DNA of 64,000 nucleotides from Parvibaculum sp. GTDB taxonomy: Bacteria; Pseudomonadota; Alphaproteobacteria; Parvibaculales; Parvibaculaceae. Position 1 is the first letter of the stretch; every line of letters starts with the position of its first letter. Positions 48,852 to 58,244 of this stretch are shown here, piece by piece. Location of the stretch: the NCBI GenBank assembly GCA_030645235.1, contig JAUSMV010000030.1, positions 1,296,988 to 1,360,987 of the forward strand, given 5' to 3'. The position numbers and the translations under genes are program-made. A model generated the notes under the pieces. It ran no database searches. It was not told the origin of the DNA and saw nothing but the letters and a program-made list of their open reading frames with translations.

Positions 48852-49343
48852 TCACTCTTTAGTGAAGTGATCAGGCACGACGGGATCGGCACCGGCTTTG
48901 CCCCAGAGCACAATCTCATTGCCCCACGGATCACGAAACGCATGGTTATAGCCGTTGAACTCCTTCCAATAGTGATTGCGCCAAAGCACAGTCGCACCTT
49001 TAGCCACCGCCGTTGACATGATACGTTCTTCGCTATCGTCTGCACTAATAAGCACCCAGATTCGCGCCTTACGGCCTTCGCAGTTTAGTTGACGAGGCTC
49101 AACACCTTCGGGCACCGGATGGGGACGCGCGTTGCCAGCATCATGAATACCAATGTGGAAATTGCCGATCAGGCTTTCAGTTCCGTCCGGATTGAGAGCA
49201 TTGCGGCCCGGCACCATGCGGTGATAGACGCCATAGGGCCGCGGATCGTTTTGCCAACCGAACACCTCCGCATAAAACGCGGCGCAGGCGGCCGGATCAT
49301 CCGATGTTAAATCTACAAAGATGAGCGTATTAGGGTATGACAA
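48852..49343 (-). CDS. VOC/glyoxalase superfamily protein
   Basis: AFYAEVFGW; FRDPWGNEIVL. Confidence 0.8.
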   Translation of the reverse strand: MSYPNTLIFVDLTSDDPAACAAFYAEVFGWQNDPRPYGVYHRMVPGRNALNPDGTESLIGNFHIGIHDAGNARPHPVPEGVEPRQLNCEGRKARIWVLISADDSEERIMSTAVAKGATVLWRNHYWKEFNGYNHAFRDPWGNEIVLWGKAGADPVVPDHFTKE

Positions 49344-49438
49344 GATATGTTTCCTGAATGCTAAAATTTGAGCATCAAGAATGACGACTTATGCCTGCTT
49401 GTTCTTGCCTACATACGCCGAATTGTCGGAACAACAAT

Positions 49439-50095
49439 TCATATTCCGATAAATTTCTGGACAACTCGCGCGGCAATGCTTCTAAAACGCAAAGGAGCAT
49501 CAGTAACAGCGAGACAAATACAATCTTCGCCCGGCGCAGCGACGGGCATGTGTTCGATACTGCCGTCAGCTACTTCAACATCACCGCGTTCGAACATACC
49601 CTGATGGGTATGGAACGCACCGACGAGGACAATTGTAAGCTCATTGCCCTTATGTCCGTGCATCGGCACCGGTCGCCCCGCCGGAACTTTAAGCATACGC
49701 GCCTTGACGCCTGTATCGCCCGTCGTGATCGGTATGTGAAAAACGCCCTTACCCAGACGACGCCATTTCAACGCGTGAAGGTCAGAACCCAGATAGGATA
49801 TCAAAGGTTCAGGTAAGATGGCAGGAACGGAGCGTTTTGCTGATGCGGGCTGCACATCGTCCATGGGCAAATCATCAATCGCACGCATCAAACGATCAAA
49901 TGCCTGTTCATCCGTCTCCGTCTGCTCAATCATCTCAAGCAGCGTACCGCCTACGTCGTCGATAACGCTGACAGTTGCTCGACAATCAGGGCAGAGCGCC
50001 AGGTGGGTGGCAACAACTAGACTCCAAGCTTCGCTCAGACTTCCCGAACTGTAAGCGATTAATATGTCTTCCGGAATATGATGGGCAATGGTCAT
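49439..50095 (-). CDS. chrR: ChrR anti-sigma factor (zinc anti-sigma domain plus cupin)
   Basis: HH...HLALCPDC (HxxxCxxC); HGHKGNELTIVLVG; HMP. Confidence 0.92.
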   Translation of the reverse strand: MTIAHHIPEDILIAYSSGSLSEAWSLVVATHLALCPDCRATVSVIDDVGGTLLEMIEQTETDEQAFDRLMRAIDDLPMDDVQPASAKRSVPAILPEPLISYLGSDLHALKWRRLGKGVFHIPITTGDTGVKARMLKVPAGRPVPMHGHKGNELTIVLVGAFHTHQGMFERGDVEVADGSIEHMPVAAPGEDCICLAVTDAPLRFRSIAARVVQKFIGI

Positions 50096-50775
50096 TCGGC
50101 CGACTCCTCAGCCAACGGCCCTGAAGGTCCGTCCAATTGTTTACGCAACTTTGCAAGCGCGAGGCGCAAGCGCGATTTGACAGTACCAAGCGGCAAGCTC
50201 TCTTGTTGCGCAATATCGCTATGTGACATGTCTTGAAAAAAGGCCATATGCAGCAAGTTCTTTTGTTCTTCAGGTAATGTTTTAATCACGCGAGCAAGGT
50301 TGTCTTCAGCTTCTGCTTGCTCAAGCAACATGTCTGCAGGCGTTTCCGAGTCGGGAATGAAACACGGATCGTTCGGATCAAATTCCGGATGATGCTCTCG
50401 ACGGAAACTGTCGATGCGCTGATTACGTGCGATCCGAAAAACCCAGGTTGAGGGCGCTGACTTCGCCGGATCAAACAAATGGGCTTTGCGCCAGATTTTG
50501 ACCATTGTGTCTTGTGCTAACTCTTCAGCCTGAGTCTGCGTCGAGCCAAGCCGCGCTCCATAGGCCTTGATCCTCGGGGCGAAGTGAATAAACAGACGAT
50601 GAAACGCAGTTCGGTCCTGATGCTGACCCACAGCAAGCAGACAAGCAGCCAGTTCTCTGGTCTCCGTTTGTCTCTTTGCTTCGTTGCTCACCATTATCGA
50701 ACCATATCCCCGCACCCGTGCCTTTGCGGTCTCACCGGCTGACACCAGACGCAAATATGACCGAGGCTGAGACAT
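50092..50775 (-). CDS. rpoE: ECF sigma factor RpoE (ChrR-coupled group)
   Basis: DRTAFHRLF, FDPAKSAPSTWVFRIARN, LPLGTVKSRLRLA; ATGA overlap with chrR. Confidence 0.92.
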   Translation of the reverse strand: MSQPRSYLRLVSAGETAKARVRGYGSIMVSNEAKRQTETRELAACLLAVGQHQDRTAFHRLFIHFAPRIKAYGARLGSTQTQAEELAQDTMVKIWRKAHLFDPAKSAPSTWVFRIARNQRIDSFRREHHPEFDPNDPCFIPDSETPADMLLEQAEAEDNLARVIKTLPEEQKNLLHMAFFQDMSHSDIAQQESLPLGTVKSRLRLALAKLRKQLDGPSGPLAEESAE

Positions 50776-50809
50776 AAGAACAGGTTTCCTGAGCTAACGT
50801 GTGAGTTGA

Positions 50810-50835
50810 TACGCGGCATGACTTTCGCCGGATCA
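50810..50835 (-). promoter_or_regulatory. RpoE-ChrR type promoter of rpoE-chrR (autoregulatory)
   Basis: TGATCC-N15-GCGTA. Confidence 0.85.
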
Positions 50836-50869
50836 CTCAAATGTCCGAAATTCACCTGATTAGCTGGTA

Positions 50870-50895
50870 TGATCCATCGCCGCTGGCGGCGCGTA
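50870..50895 (+). promoter_or_regulatory. RpoE-type promoter of the oxidoreductase-DUF1365-cfa operon
   Basis: TGATCC-N15-GCGTA, back-to-back with the rpoE promoter. Confidence 0.85.
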
Positions 50896-50929
50896 AGCTC
50901 TCACAGAAACCAGAAGAAAGGTCCCAACC

Positions 50930-52282
50930 TTGCCCCGTGAGACAACAGAACCCGTTCGTCGCAGAAAGATTGCCATTGTCGGCTCAGGTATTGCAGGCAT
51001 GTCCGCCGCTTGGCTCACCAATAAGTGCCATGACATTACTTTGTTTGAGGCGGGAGACCATGTCGGCGGACATTCCAATACGGTTCTGACAGGTCCCCAT
51101 CATGGGGCCGTCGCGGTTGATACGGGCTTCATCGTTTACAATGAAGCAAACTATCCAAACCTCGTTGCGCTCTTCAAACATCTAGATGTGTCGACGAAAC
51201 CATCACACATGAGCTTTGCGGCCTCCATCGACGACGGGCGGTTTGAATATTCCGGTACCGGCCTTAATGGACTTCTCGCGCAGCGAGGGAATATTGTTAA
51301 TCCGCGCTTCTGGTCGATGCTCAAAGACATCACACGGTTTTATAAGTCCGCACCCACAATTGTGAAGGATGCCGCTTATCTTGACCTGACGCTTGGCGAA
51401 TTTCTGAAACAAGAAAAATATTCCACCGCCTTTGTATGTGACCATATTGCCCCGATGGGAGCCGCAATCTGGTCAACGACAGCGAAAGACATGCTTGATT
51501 ATCCGCTCGCGACCTTTGTACGCTTCTTCGAAAGTCATGGACTGCTGAACTTTACCGGACGACCGCAATGGAGGACGGTTGACGGTGGTAGCATAGAATA
51601 TGTGAAGCGGCTGACAGCATCCTTCACTGAGAAAATACGACGTGAAACCGTTGTAAGAATATACCGCCTGAACAATGGCGTCACAGTGGAACTCGCCAGC
51701 GGCGAACGCCTAGATTTTGATGAAGTGGTAATTGCAACCCATGCTGACGAGGCGCTCGCATTGCTTGCGGAGCCTCGCCCTCAGGAGCGTGAACATCTCG
51801 GCGCCTTTCGCTACACAACCAATCATACGTATTTGCACAATGACGAGCGCCTGATGCCAAAGCGCAAGCGCGTCTGGTCAAGTTGGAACTATATCAGTAG
51901 TGGACAATCTTCCGGTGATAACGCGCTCACTGTCTCCTATTGGATGAACGAATTACAAGGATTGGACAAAGCCTATCCGCTCTTTGTGACGCTCAACCCA
52001 TATGCGCCACCGCGTGAACGGTCGATAATCCGTGAGTTTTCCTATCAGCATCCTCTCTTCGACCGGGCTGCCATTTCGGCTCAACACAACCTTTGGGCCT
52101 TACAGGGGCAGGATCATGTGTGGTTCTGCGGCAGCTATTTCGGCTATGGCTTCCATGAAGACGCGCTACAGGCGGGACTTGCTGTCGGAGAACAATTATC
52201 AGGCCAAAAACGCCCTTGGGAATTAAGTCGCCAAGCGCCTAGAATACACCAGAGCGACATACCAGCTTTGGCGGCAGATTAA
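50930..52282 (+). CDS. FAD-dependent oxidoreductase (RSP_1091/UfaD-like fatty acyl desaturase)
   Basis: VGSGIAG, GGHSNT, VDTGFIVYN...YPNL, SSWNY, YFGYGFHEDAL. Confidence 0.88.
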   Translation: MPRETTEPVRRRKIAIVGSGIAGMSAAWLTNKCHDITLFEAGDHVGGHSNTVLTGPHHGAVAVDTGFIVYNEANYPNLVALFKHLDVSTKPSHMSFAASIDDGRFEYSGTGLNGLLAQRGNIVNPRFWSMLKDITRFYKSAPTIVKDAAYLDLTLGEFLKQEKYSTAFVCDHIAPMGAAIWSTTAKDMLDYPLATFVRFFESHGLLNFTGRPQWRTVDGGSIEYVKRLTASFTEKIRRETVVRIYRLNNGVTVELASGERLDFDEVVIATHADEALALLAEPRPQEREHLGAFRYTTNHTYLHNDERLMPKRKRVWSSWNYISSGQSSGDNALTVSYWMNELQGLDKAYPLFVTLNPYAPPRERSIIREFSYQHPLFDRAAISAQHNLWALQGQDHVWFCGSYFGYGFHEDALQAGLAVGEQLSGQKRPWELSRQAPRIHQSDIPALAAD

Positions 52283-52284
52283 AG

Positions 52285-53064
52285 ATGAAGTCTTGCCTCT
52301 ATCAGGGACATGTTTTTCACGCGCGGCATGAGCCTAAACGCCATGCTTTCCGCTACAGCGTATTTTCGCTCCTACTTGATCTTGATGAGTTGGATTTCAT
52401 TTCAGCGCGAAGCCGCGTCTTTGGTGTCAACAAGACGGCGCTTCTATCGTTTCGCGAACGCGATCACGGAAACGGCACAACAAACGGCCTCAAATCTTGG
52501 GTGATCTCTGAGCTTCACGCAGCAGGCATTGAGACCTCCGGCGTCAGCATTCGCGTTCTCTGTTATCCACGGATTCTTGGTTACGTCTTTAACCCACTAA
52601 CGGTCTATTACTGTTTCGCCAAGACGGGAGAACTCATCGCAACACTGCATGAAGTTCACAATACGTTTAATGAGAAGCATACTTATATCCTACCCATTGA
52701 GAACAGCGCCAAACAAATGGCGACCAAGGTAATGCATGTCTCACCCTTTACAGAAATGACATCGCGTTATCAGTTTGAATACGGTACGCCTAATGAGAAG
52801 GTGCACCTTGTCATCCGCCTCTATACAAACGATGAGTTGATACTTTCAACCTCGTTTGCGGGGACACGCCATGAGATGAGCGACAGAGCATTACTCGCGA
52901 CTTTTTTTCGCTATCCGCTGATGACACTCAAAATCATTTCCGCCATTCATTTCGAAGCTTTTAGATTGTGGCACAAAGGCGTGCCTCTGGTCGCACGCGT
53001 CGTGATGCCGGAAAAGATTACGGCCTCGTATGTCACGCCTCAAAAAAAAGAAGGCCGACCATGA
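52285..53064 (+). CDS. DUF1365 family protein (RSP_1090/UfaO-like)
   Basis: HARHEPKRHAFRY, GYVFNPLTVYYC, EVHNTF, HVSPF, IHFEA. Confidence 0.9.
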   Translation: MKSCLYQGHVFHARHEPKRHAFRYSVFSLLLDLDELDFISARSRVFGVNKTALLSFRERDHGNGTTNGLKSWVISELHAAGIETSGVSIRVLCYPRILGYVFNPLTVYYCFAKTGELIATLHEVHNTFNEKHTYILPIENSAKQMATKVMHVSPFTEMTSRYQFEYGTPNEKVHLVIRLYTNDELILSTSFAGTRHEMSDRALLATFFRYPLMTLKIISAIHFEAFRLWHKGVPLVARVVMPEKITASYVTPQKKEGRP

Positions 53065-54248
53065 TTGCCAAGGCCATGTTGAAGCGCGTCTTGCGCCATA
53101 TCAAAGTTGGTACACTGGACGTGCAGTTTCCTGACGCTACTCAGTTTCGCGTATCAGGATCAGATGGGCCGCAAGCCAGATTAATGATCCACAACTGGCG
53201 CTTTGTGCGGCGTTTTATGACGAAAGGCTATTTGGCTATTGCAGAAGCCTATATGGATGGTGACTGGTCAACCGACAGCCTGTCGCAATTGATGGAACTC
53301 GGAACACAAAACCTCGGAGCCTTCAAACCCAATCGACTTCTTACCATGCTGTTCGAGACGGGAGGTTATCTTGCACATCGCAGGAATGCCAATACTCCCA
53401 AGGGATCCAAGCGTAATATTGCTTTTCATTACGATCTCGGTAACGCATTTTACGGAGCATGGCTGGATCCCTCGATGACTTATTCATCGGCGCTGTTTAA
53501 TGACGAAACAGACGATGTGAGTGCTGCGCAATTACACAAATACCGTCGACTCGCTGATTACATTGGTTTGAAGTCAGGAGATCGCGTGCTGGAGATCGGC
53601 TGCGGCTGGGGCGGCTTTGCGGAAGTCGCTGCACGCGATTACGGCGCACATATCGTGGGCCTTACACTCTCGCAGGAGCAAAAGGCATATGCAGATCAAC
53701 GTATGCTGCGGGCGGGCCTCAGTGATAAAGTTGACGTTCGCTTGCAGGACTACCGCCATGTTGACGGACAGTTCGACAAAATCGTCTCGATCGAAATGTT
53801 TGAAGCTGTGGGCGAAGAGAACTGGCCCGTCTATTTCAAAGTGCTAAATGAACGCTTGGCACCTGGCGGACAAATTGCGCTCCAGATCATTACAATTGAT
53901 GAAAGCCTGTTCGGCGCTTACCGGAGGCGCATTGACTTCATTCAAAGATACATTTTTCCGGGCGGCATGTTACCGACATCTGAAGCGCTGAACCGTGAAA
54001 TTGCTCAACAAGGTCTTACCCTGACTGACCGACATTTCTTCGGTGGGTCCTATGCGCAGACATTGGAGATTTGGCGTAGCCGTTTTCTAGACGCTTGGCC
54101 GCAAATTTCTAGCCTCGGCTTTGATCAACGCTTCAAACGCATGTGGCTCTTTTATCTATGTTATTGCGAAAGCGGCTTTCGCGCTGGTCGCATCAACGTC
54201 GGGCAATTCATGCTATCGAAAGAACCTCTGACCACATCTAAACTTTGA
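53061..54248 (+). CDS. cfa: Cyclopropane-fatty-acyl-phospholipid synthase family methyltransferase (UfaM-like)
   Basis: NIAFHYDLGNAFY, MTYSSA, LEIGCGWG, QDYR, SIEMFEAVG, YIFPGG. Confidence 0.92.
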   Translation: MIAKAMLKRVLRHIKVGTLDVQFPDATQFRVSGSDGPQARLMIHNWRFVRRFMTKGYLAIAEAYMDGDWSTDSLSQLMELGTQNLGAFKPNRLLTMLFETGGYLAHRRNANTPKGSKRNIAFHYDLGNAFYGAWLDPSMTYSSALFNDETDDVSAAQLHKYRRLADYIGLKSGDRVLEIGCGWGGFAEVAARDYGAHIVGLTLSQEQKAYADQRMLRAGLSDKVDVRLQDYRHVDGQFDKIVSIEMFEAVGEENWPVYFKVLNERLAPGGQIALQIITIDESLFGAYRRRIDFIQRYIFPGGMLPTSEALNREIAQQGLTLTDRHFFGGSYAQTLEIWRSRFLDAWPQISSLGFDQRFKRMWLFYLCYCESGFRAGRINVGQFMLSKEPLTTSKL

Positions 54249-54666
54249 CGGTCAGGTTTTTTCGGATAGCCCTGAGTATCCAGCCGACCACGGGGAAATG
54301 CTCATAGAAATCGCGTGCGGCATCCCAGTGATCGATATGGGAGACAACTTTGCCCGCCGTATTGAAAGTTAGATGGCTGACACCTTCAACTTCCCATGGC
54401 CTTCCGCGCAGAGTGGCGGAGAGGCGCCAATGTAGAAAACCTGTCTGGTCTTCGGTGGCCTGATGCAAAATCTCAAAATGCACATCTCCCAGAGTCGCGT
54501 ACATATCTTCAAAGATGTGCAACATCTTGTCAGCACCGAGCACTTTATTGAACGGGTCTGAGAAAAAAACATCGGGCGACACATGCCGTCGAAGATCTCT
54601 GACATTGTCCTTGTTCAAACTTTCAAGAAAGTCCGCATAGGACGAGATAAGGGACGTTTCATTCAT
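54238..54666 (-). CDS. NTF2/SnoaL-like protein
   Basis: VFFSDPFN, HIDHWDAA...YEHFPVVG. Confidence 0.85.
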   Translation of the reverse strand: MNETSLISSYADFLESLNKDNVRDLRRHVSPDVFFSDPFNKVLGADKMLHIFEDMYATLGDVHFEILHQATEDQTGFLHWRLSATLRGRPWEVEGVSHLTFNTAGKVVSHIDHWDAARDFYEHFPVVGWILRAIRKNLTVKV

Positions 54667-55412
54667 GGTGTCACCATGCGTGAGGTGAGAAAAAAGAACA
54701 GTCGGTAGGGCAACAGGCGCATCAATTTGAGCAAAAGAACGAATGTCCACGGAAATGAAATTTCGAATTTCTTATTGATAAGACCTTTGTAGATCGTAGT
54801 GGCAGCCTCCTCTGCGGAGATGAGAAAGGGCATCGGAAATTTGTTTTTTTCCGTCAGAGGCGTTTCAACAAAACCGGGATTGATGAGCGAGAGATCGATT
54901 CCGTCTCGCACAAGTTCGGGCTTTAGGGCTTCACACATATTGATGAGCGCGGCTTTAGTTGCACCATAAGCAGATGACGTCGGAAGACCGCGATAGCCTG
55001 CAACAGAGGCTACAACCGCTATATGGCCGCGTCCGCGAACTCGGAAGAGAGGTAGCAGAACTCCGAGCCCGTTGACCGGTCCCATCAGATTGACGTCGAC
55101 CAGCTTACGAAAAGTTGCGACGCTGAAATTTTCTGCTGACATTGCAACATGCGTCCCGGCATTAAGAATGGCCATATCAATAGGACCAAGCTCCCCTTCA
55201 ATCTTTACAATGGTCTTTTGCGTGGCGTCCAAATCTGTCACGTCGAGCGCAAAAACATGTATCCGACCCGCCTCGCCTTCAACAGCTAGCGAGGTCAAAT
55301 CCTCTACCGTTCGAGCACTCGCGGCGACAGACCATCCTTCACGCGCCATATGAAGCGCCAGCGCACGGCCTATACCTTTGCCTGCTCCTGTGATCCAAAC
55401 CGTTTTTCTCAT
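54663..55412 (-). CDS. SDR oxidoreductase
   Basis: ITGAGKGIG, LNAG, YGATK, PGFVETPLT. Confidence 0.92.
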   Translation of the reverse strand: MRKTVWITGAGKGIGRALALHMAREGWSVAASARTVEDLTSLAVEGEAGRIHVFALDVTDLDATQKTIVKIEGELGPIDMAILNAGTHVAMSAENFSVATFRKLVDVNLMGPVNGLGVLLPLFRVRGRGHIAVVASVAGYRGLPTSSAYGATKAALINMCEALKPELVRDGIDLSLINPGFVETPLTEKNKFPMPFLISAEEAATTIYKGLINKKFEISFPWTFVLLLKLMRLLPYRLFFFLTSRMVTP

Positions 55413-56134
55413 GAAGCTTTCTCACCGTTCCCTGCAAAACATTTGCGGCAACGAAACTCAATAAGTGAGCCATCATCACCGTTGAACTTCATATGTACCC
55501 AGCGACCATCGGCGTCATACCAAACCTCGTTTTGGATTTCGCCCTCATACTTATAGTGCGTTGCCTTGACCACGCCTCGCTCCGTCTGCACGTCTTCGAC
55601 GCCTTGCGGCACGAGGCGGACTTTGTTGACGCTGCCATTTATCGTGTTGATGAGCTCCGTCGTCGAAATAACACCCGCATTCCAATGGTCAGTTGGATAG
55701 GTATCTAGCGGCGCGGCAAACAGACCTTTCGGGCCGTCACCCTTTAGACTCGTGCTCGCAGCTTGTGCGTCCACTTCCGTCACTTCGCCGTTACGGTCGG
55801 TCTTGGCCGACAGCATAACGAGCTTGCCGTTGCGCCATAGTGAGCGGGATTGGTAGCGCATTTTGTAAAAAGTGATGTACAGCGCCTCGATCTTCAGTTG
55901 AAAATCAATATCCACAAAAAGCGCACCGTCCCTCTCGCTGAAATTCACGGTTTGGGCGCCCACAAGGGTCCCATTACGCCACACATCAAAACTAATGTGC
56001 TCACCATAGAGCGCCCGAACGGACGCGAAATCTGCGGCTATACCTTTAACGTCTTGGGCATGGGCTGAGCCAAGCGTCAGAAAAACAGCCAATCCAACAG
56101 CAAAACATCGAAAAACACGAGGAAAACGGGGCAT
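55409..56134 (-). CDS. Secreted protein, DUF6134-like
   Basis: Signal peptide, beta-rich sequence, HWN, WYDADGRWV. Confidence 0.65.
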   Translation of the reverse strand: MPRFPRVFRCFAVGLAVFLTLGSAHAQDVKGIAADFASVRALYGEHISFDVWRNGTLVGAQTVNFSERDGALFVDIDFQLKIEALYITFYKMRYQSRSLWRNGKLVMLSAKTDRNGEVTEVDAQAASTSLKGDGPKGLFAAPLDTYPTDHWNAGVISTTELINTINGSVNKVRLVPQGVEDVQTERGVVKATHYKYEGEIQNEVWYDADGRWVHMKFNGDDGSLIEFRCRKCFAGNGEKAS

Positions 56135-56168
56135 GGGGACCTGCTCTGTCGGGTGACTACGAGAGCTT

Positions 56169-56194
56169 TACGCAAGCTATCGCCAATCGGATGA
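56169..56194 (-). promoter_or_regulatory. Third RpoE-type promoter (DUF6134-SDR-NTF2 operon)
   Basis: TCATCC-N15-GCGTA, one mismatch to the other two. Confidence 0.7.
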
Positions 56195-56379
56195 CTGCGA
56201 AGTCGCCCAGTTCATTGGCAGCGCGCTTGTAGTGACATCTGAGCCAAGGCATCATACCGGTCTGTCTTGCTTGCCCATGTAGCTACAGGTCCATGCGGCG
56301 ATAAGAAAATCAGTTCGGAGACAGATTCCTGGGGAGGGAAGCCGGACTGCTCAATATGTTCGTTCGGGGAGAGTGAAAC

Positions 56380-58197
56380 ATGTCGGAGCAACACACAGCG
56401 CCTATCGCTGACAAAAAGCCATCCGCAAAAGCCAAGAACACGCGCAAACCTGCCGCAAAACGCAAATCGGAGGCGCGCAAGGCCCCAGCCCCTGATATAG
56501 CGACGGAAGCTATGAAGGCCGCAGGCATCGGCGCGGGTATCGGTGAACAGGCCGCGCAATCGCCCAATGCGATGAGTCCGATCATCGGCATCAGCCGCGA
56601 AGATGTGCTGGCCGCCGTTGTCTCGATTGTCGGCGGCGCCGCGCGCCAACCTTTCACCTTCATGCAGCATGTCGGCGCCTTCGGCCGCAAAGTCGTGGAC
56701 ATTGTGGGCGGCGAGGCAAAGTTTGCACCCGAACCCAAAGACCGTCGTTTCACCGATGCCGCTTTTCAGAAAAGCCCTTTCTATAGCCGCGTGATGCAGA
56801 GCTGGCTCGCGTTTCAGGTCGAGGTTCACGATTTCATTGACACGCTGGGTCTTGATCCGATTGAGCATCGTCGCGCCATGCTGGTCGCCGACATTCTCGT
56901 CGATGCGGTTGCGCCCACCAACACGCTGGTTGGCAATCCGTCCGCCGTCAAATTAGCGCTTGATACGGGCGGCGCATCGCTTGTGCAAGGCGTTAAAAAC
57001 TTTGTCGACGACATGAAGAACAATAACGGCATGCCCTCGCAGGTCGATAAATCGCCCTTCTCGGTTGGCGGCAACCTCGCCACCACCGAAGGTAAGATTG
57101 TTTTCCGCAATGAAATGCTGGAGCTTATTCAGTACACGCCGAAAACTGAGAATGTGAAAGCGATCCCGCTCCTTTTCGTACCACCGCAGATCAACAAATA
57201 TTATGTGCTCGATCTCACTGCCGAAAAGAGCATCTCGCAGTTTCTCGTCAATCAGGGCTTTCAGGTCTATGTGGTGAGTTGGCGCAATCCCGGACCGGAG
57301 CATCGCGACTGGGGTCTTGCTGATTATGTGTCCGCACTCACCGGCGTCATTGATGTTGTCACGGGCATTTCCGGTTCCAAGACGATCAATGTATCTGGCG
57401 GTTGCTCGGGCGGCATCACCACTGCAACATTGCTGAGCCACCTCGCTGCCACGGGCGATACGCGCGTTAACTCGGTGACTTTCTGGGTCTGTGTGCTTGA
57501 TCCACAAATGGAAGACAGCGATGTCGGCGCGATGGTGACAAAGCGTGGCATCGACATGGCACGACAACGCTCGGCCAAGAAGGGCGTGTTATCAGGCTCT
57601 GACTTGTCGCGTGTCTTTGCGTGGCTACGCCCCAATGATCTGGTCTGGAACTATGTAGTGAACAACTATCTCCACGGCCAGAAGCCGCCAGCCTTTGACG
57701 TGCTGTTCTGGAATAATGACAGCACGAACCTGACCGCACAGCTTCATTCAGACTATCTCTCGCTTTATGAGACGCAGCCTTTTGCCAATCCCGGCAAGGA
57801 GGAAATTCTCGGCCATCCGATTGACCTCAGCAAAGTAACGATTGACGCTTTCATCGTCGGCGGCACGACTGACCACATCACGCCGTGGAAGGCATGCTAT
57901 CGCACCACGCAGATGCTCGGCGGCAAGCGTGAATTTGTGCTGTCGAACAGTGGCCACATTCAGGCGATCCTGAACCCGCCCGGAAATCCCAAAGCCAAAT
58001 ATTTCATCAATCCGGACTTACCGGGCACGGCGGATGAATGGGTTGCCAATGCAGTACCCGTTACGGGCTCATGGTGGGAGCGCTGGGCAGTCTGGCTTGG
58101 CGAACGCTCCGGCGAGAGCCTGCCCGCACCCAAAAAACATGGCAGTAAAAAATATGAGCCTCTTTGCGACGCGCCGGGGACTTATGTTCTGGGTTAA
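56380..58197 (+). CDS. phaC: Polyhydroxyalkanoate synthase, class II-like
   Basis: VPPQINKYYVLDL, VSWRNP, GGCSGG lipase box, LRPNDLVWNY, DHITPW, SGHIQAILNPPGNPK. Confidence 0.92.
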   Translation: MSEQHTAPIADKKPSAKAKNTRKPAAKRKSEARKAPAPDIATEAMKAAGIGAGIGEQAAQSPNAMSPIIGISREDVLAAVVSIVGGAARQPFTFMQHVGAFGRKVVDIVGGEAKFAPEPKDRRFTDAAFQKSPFYSRVMQSWLAFQVEVHDFIDTLGLDPIEHRRAMLVADILVDAVAPTNTLVGNPSAVKLALDTGGASLVQGVKNFVDDMKNNNGMPSQVDKSPFSVGGNLATTEGKIVFRNEMLELIQYTPKTENVKAIPLLFVPPQINKYYVLDLTAEKSISQFLVNQGFQVYVVSWRNPGPEHRDWGLADYVSALTGVIDVVTGISGSKTINVSGGCSGGITTATLLSHLAATGDTRVNSVTFWVCVLDPQMEDSDVGAMVTKRGIDMARQRSAKKGVLSGSDLSRVFAWLRPNDLVWNYVVNNYLHGQKPPAFDVLFWNNDSTNLTAQLHSDYLSLYETQPFANPGKEEILGHPIDLSKVTIDAFIVGGTTDHITPWKACYRTTQMLGGKREFVLSNSGHIQAILNPPGNPKAKYFINPDLPGTADEWVANAVPVTGSWWERWAVWLGERSGESLPAPKKHGSKKYEPLCDAPGTYVLG

Positions 58198-58244
58198 GTC
58201 GTTATACACATCGACAATCAGTAACGAAGAATGAGTGATTACGC

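Noticed and set aside
56212-56868. 218-aa minus-strand ORF
   Set aside because: Antisense to phaC, with no recognisable domain.
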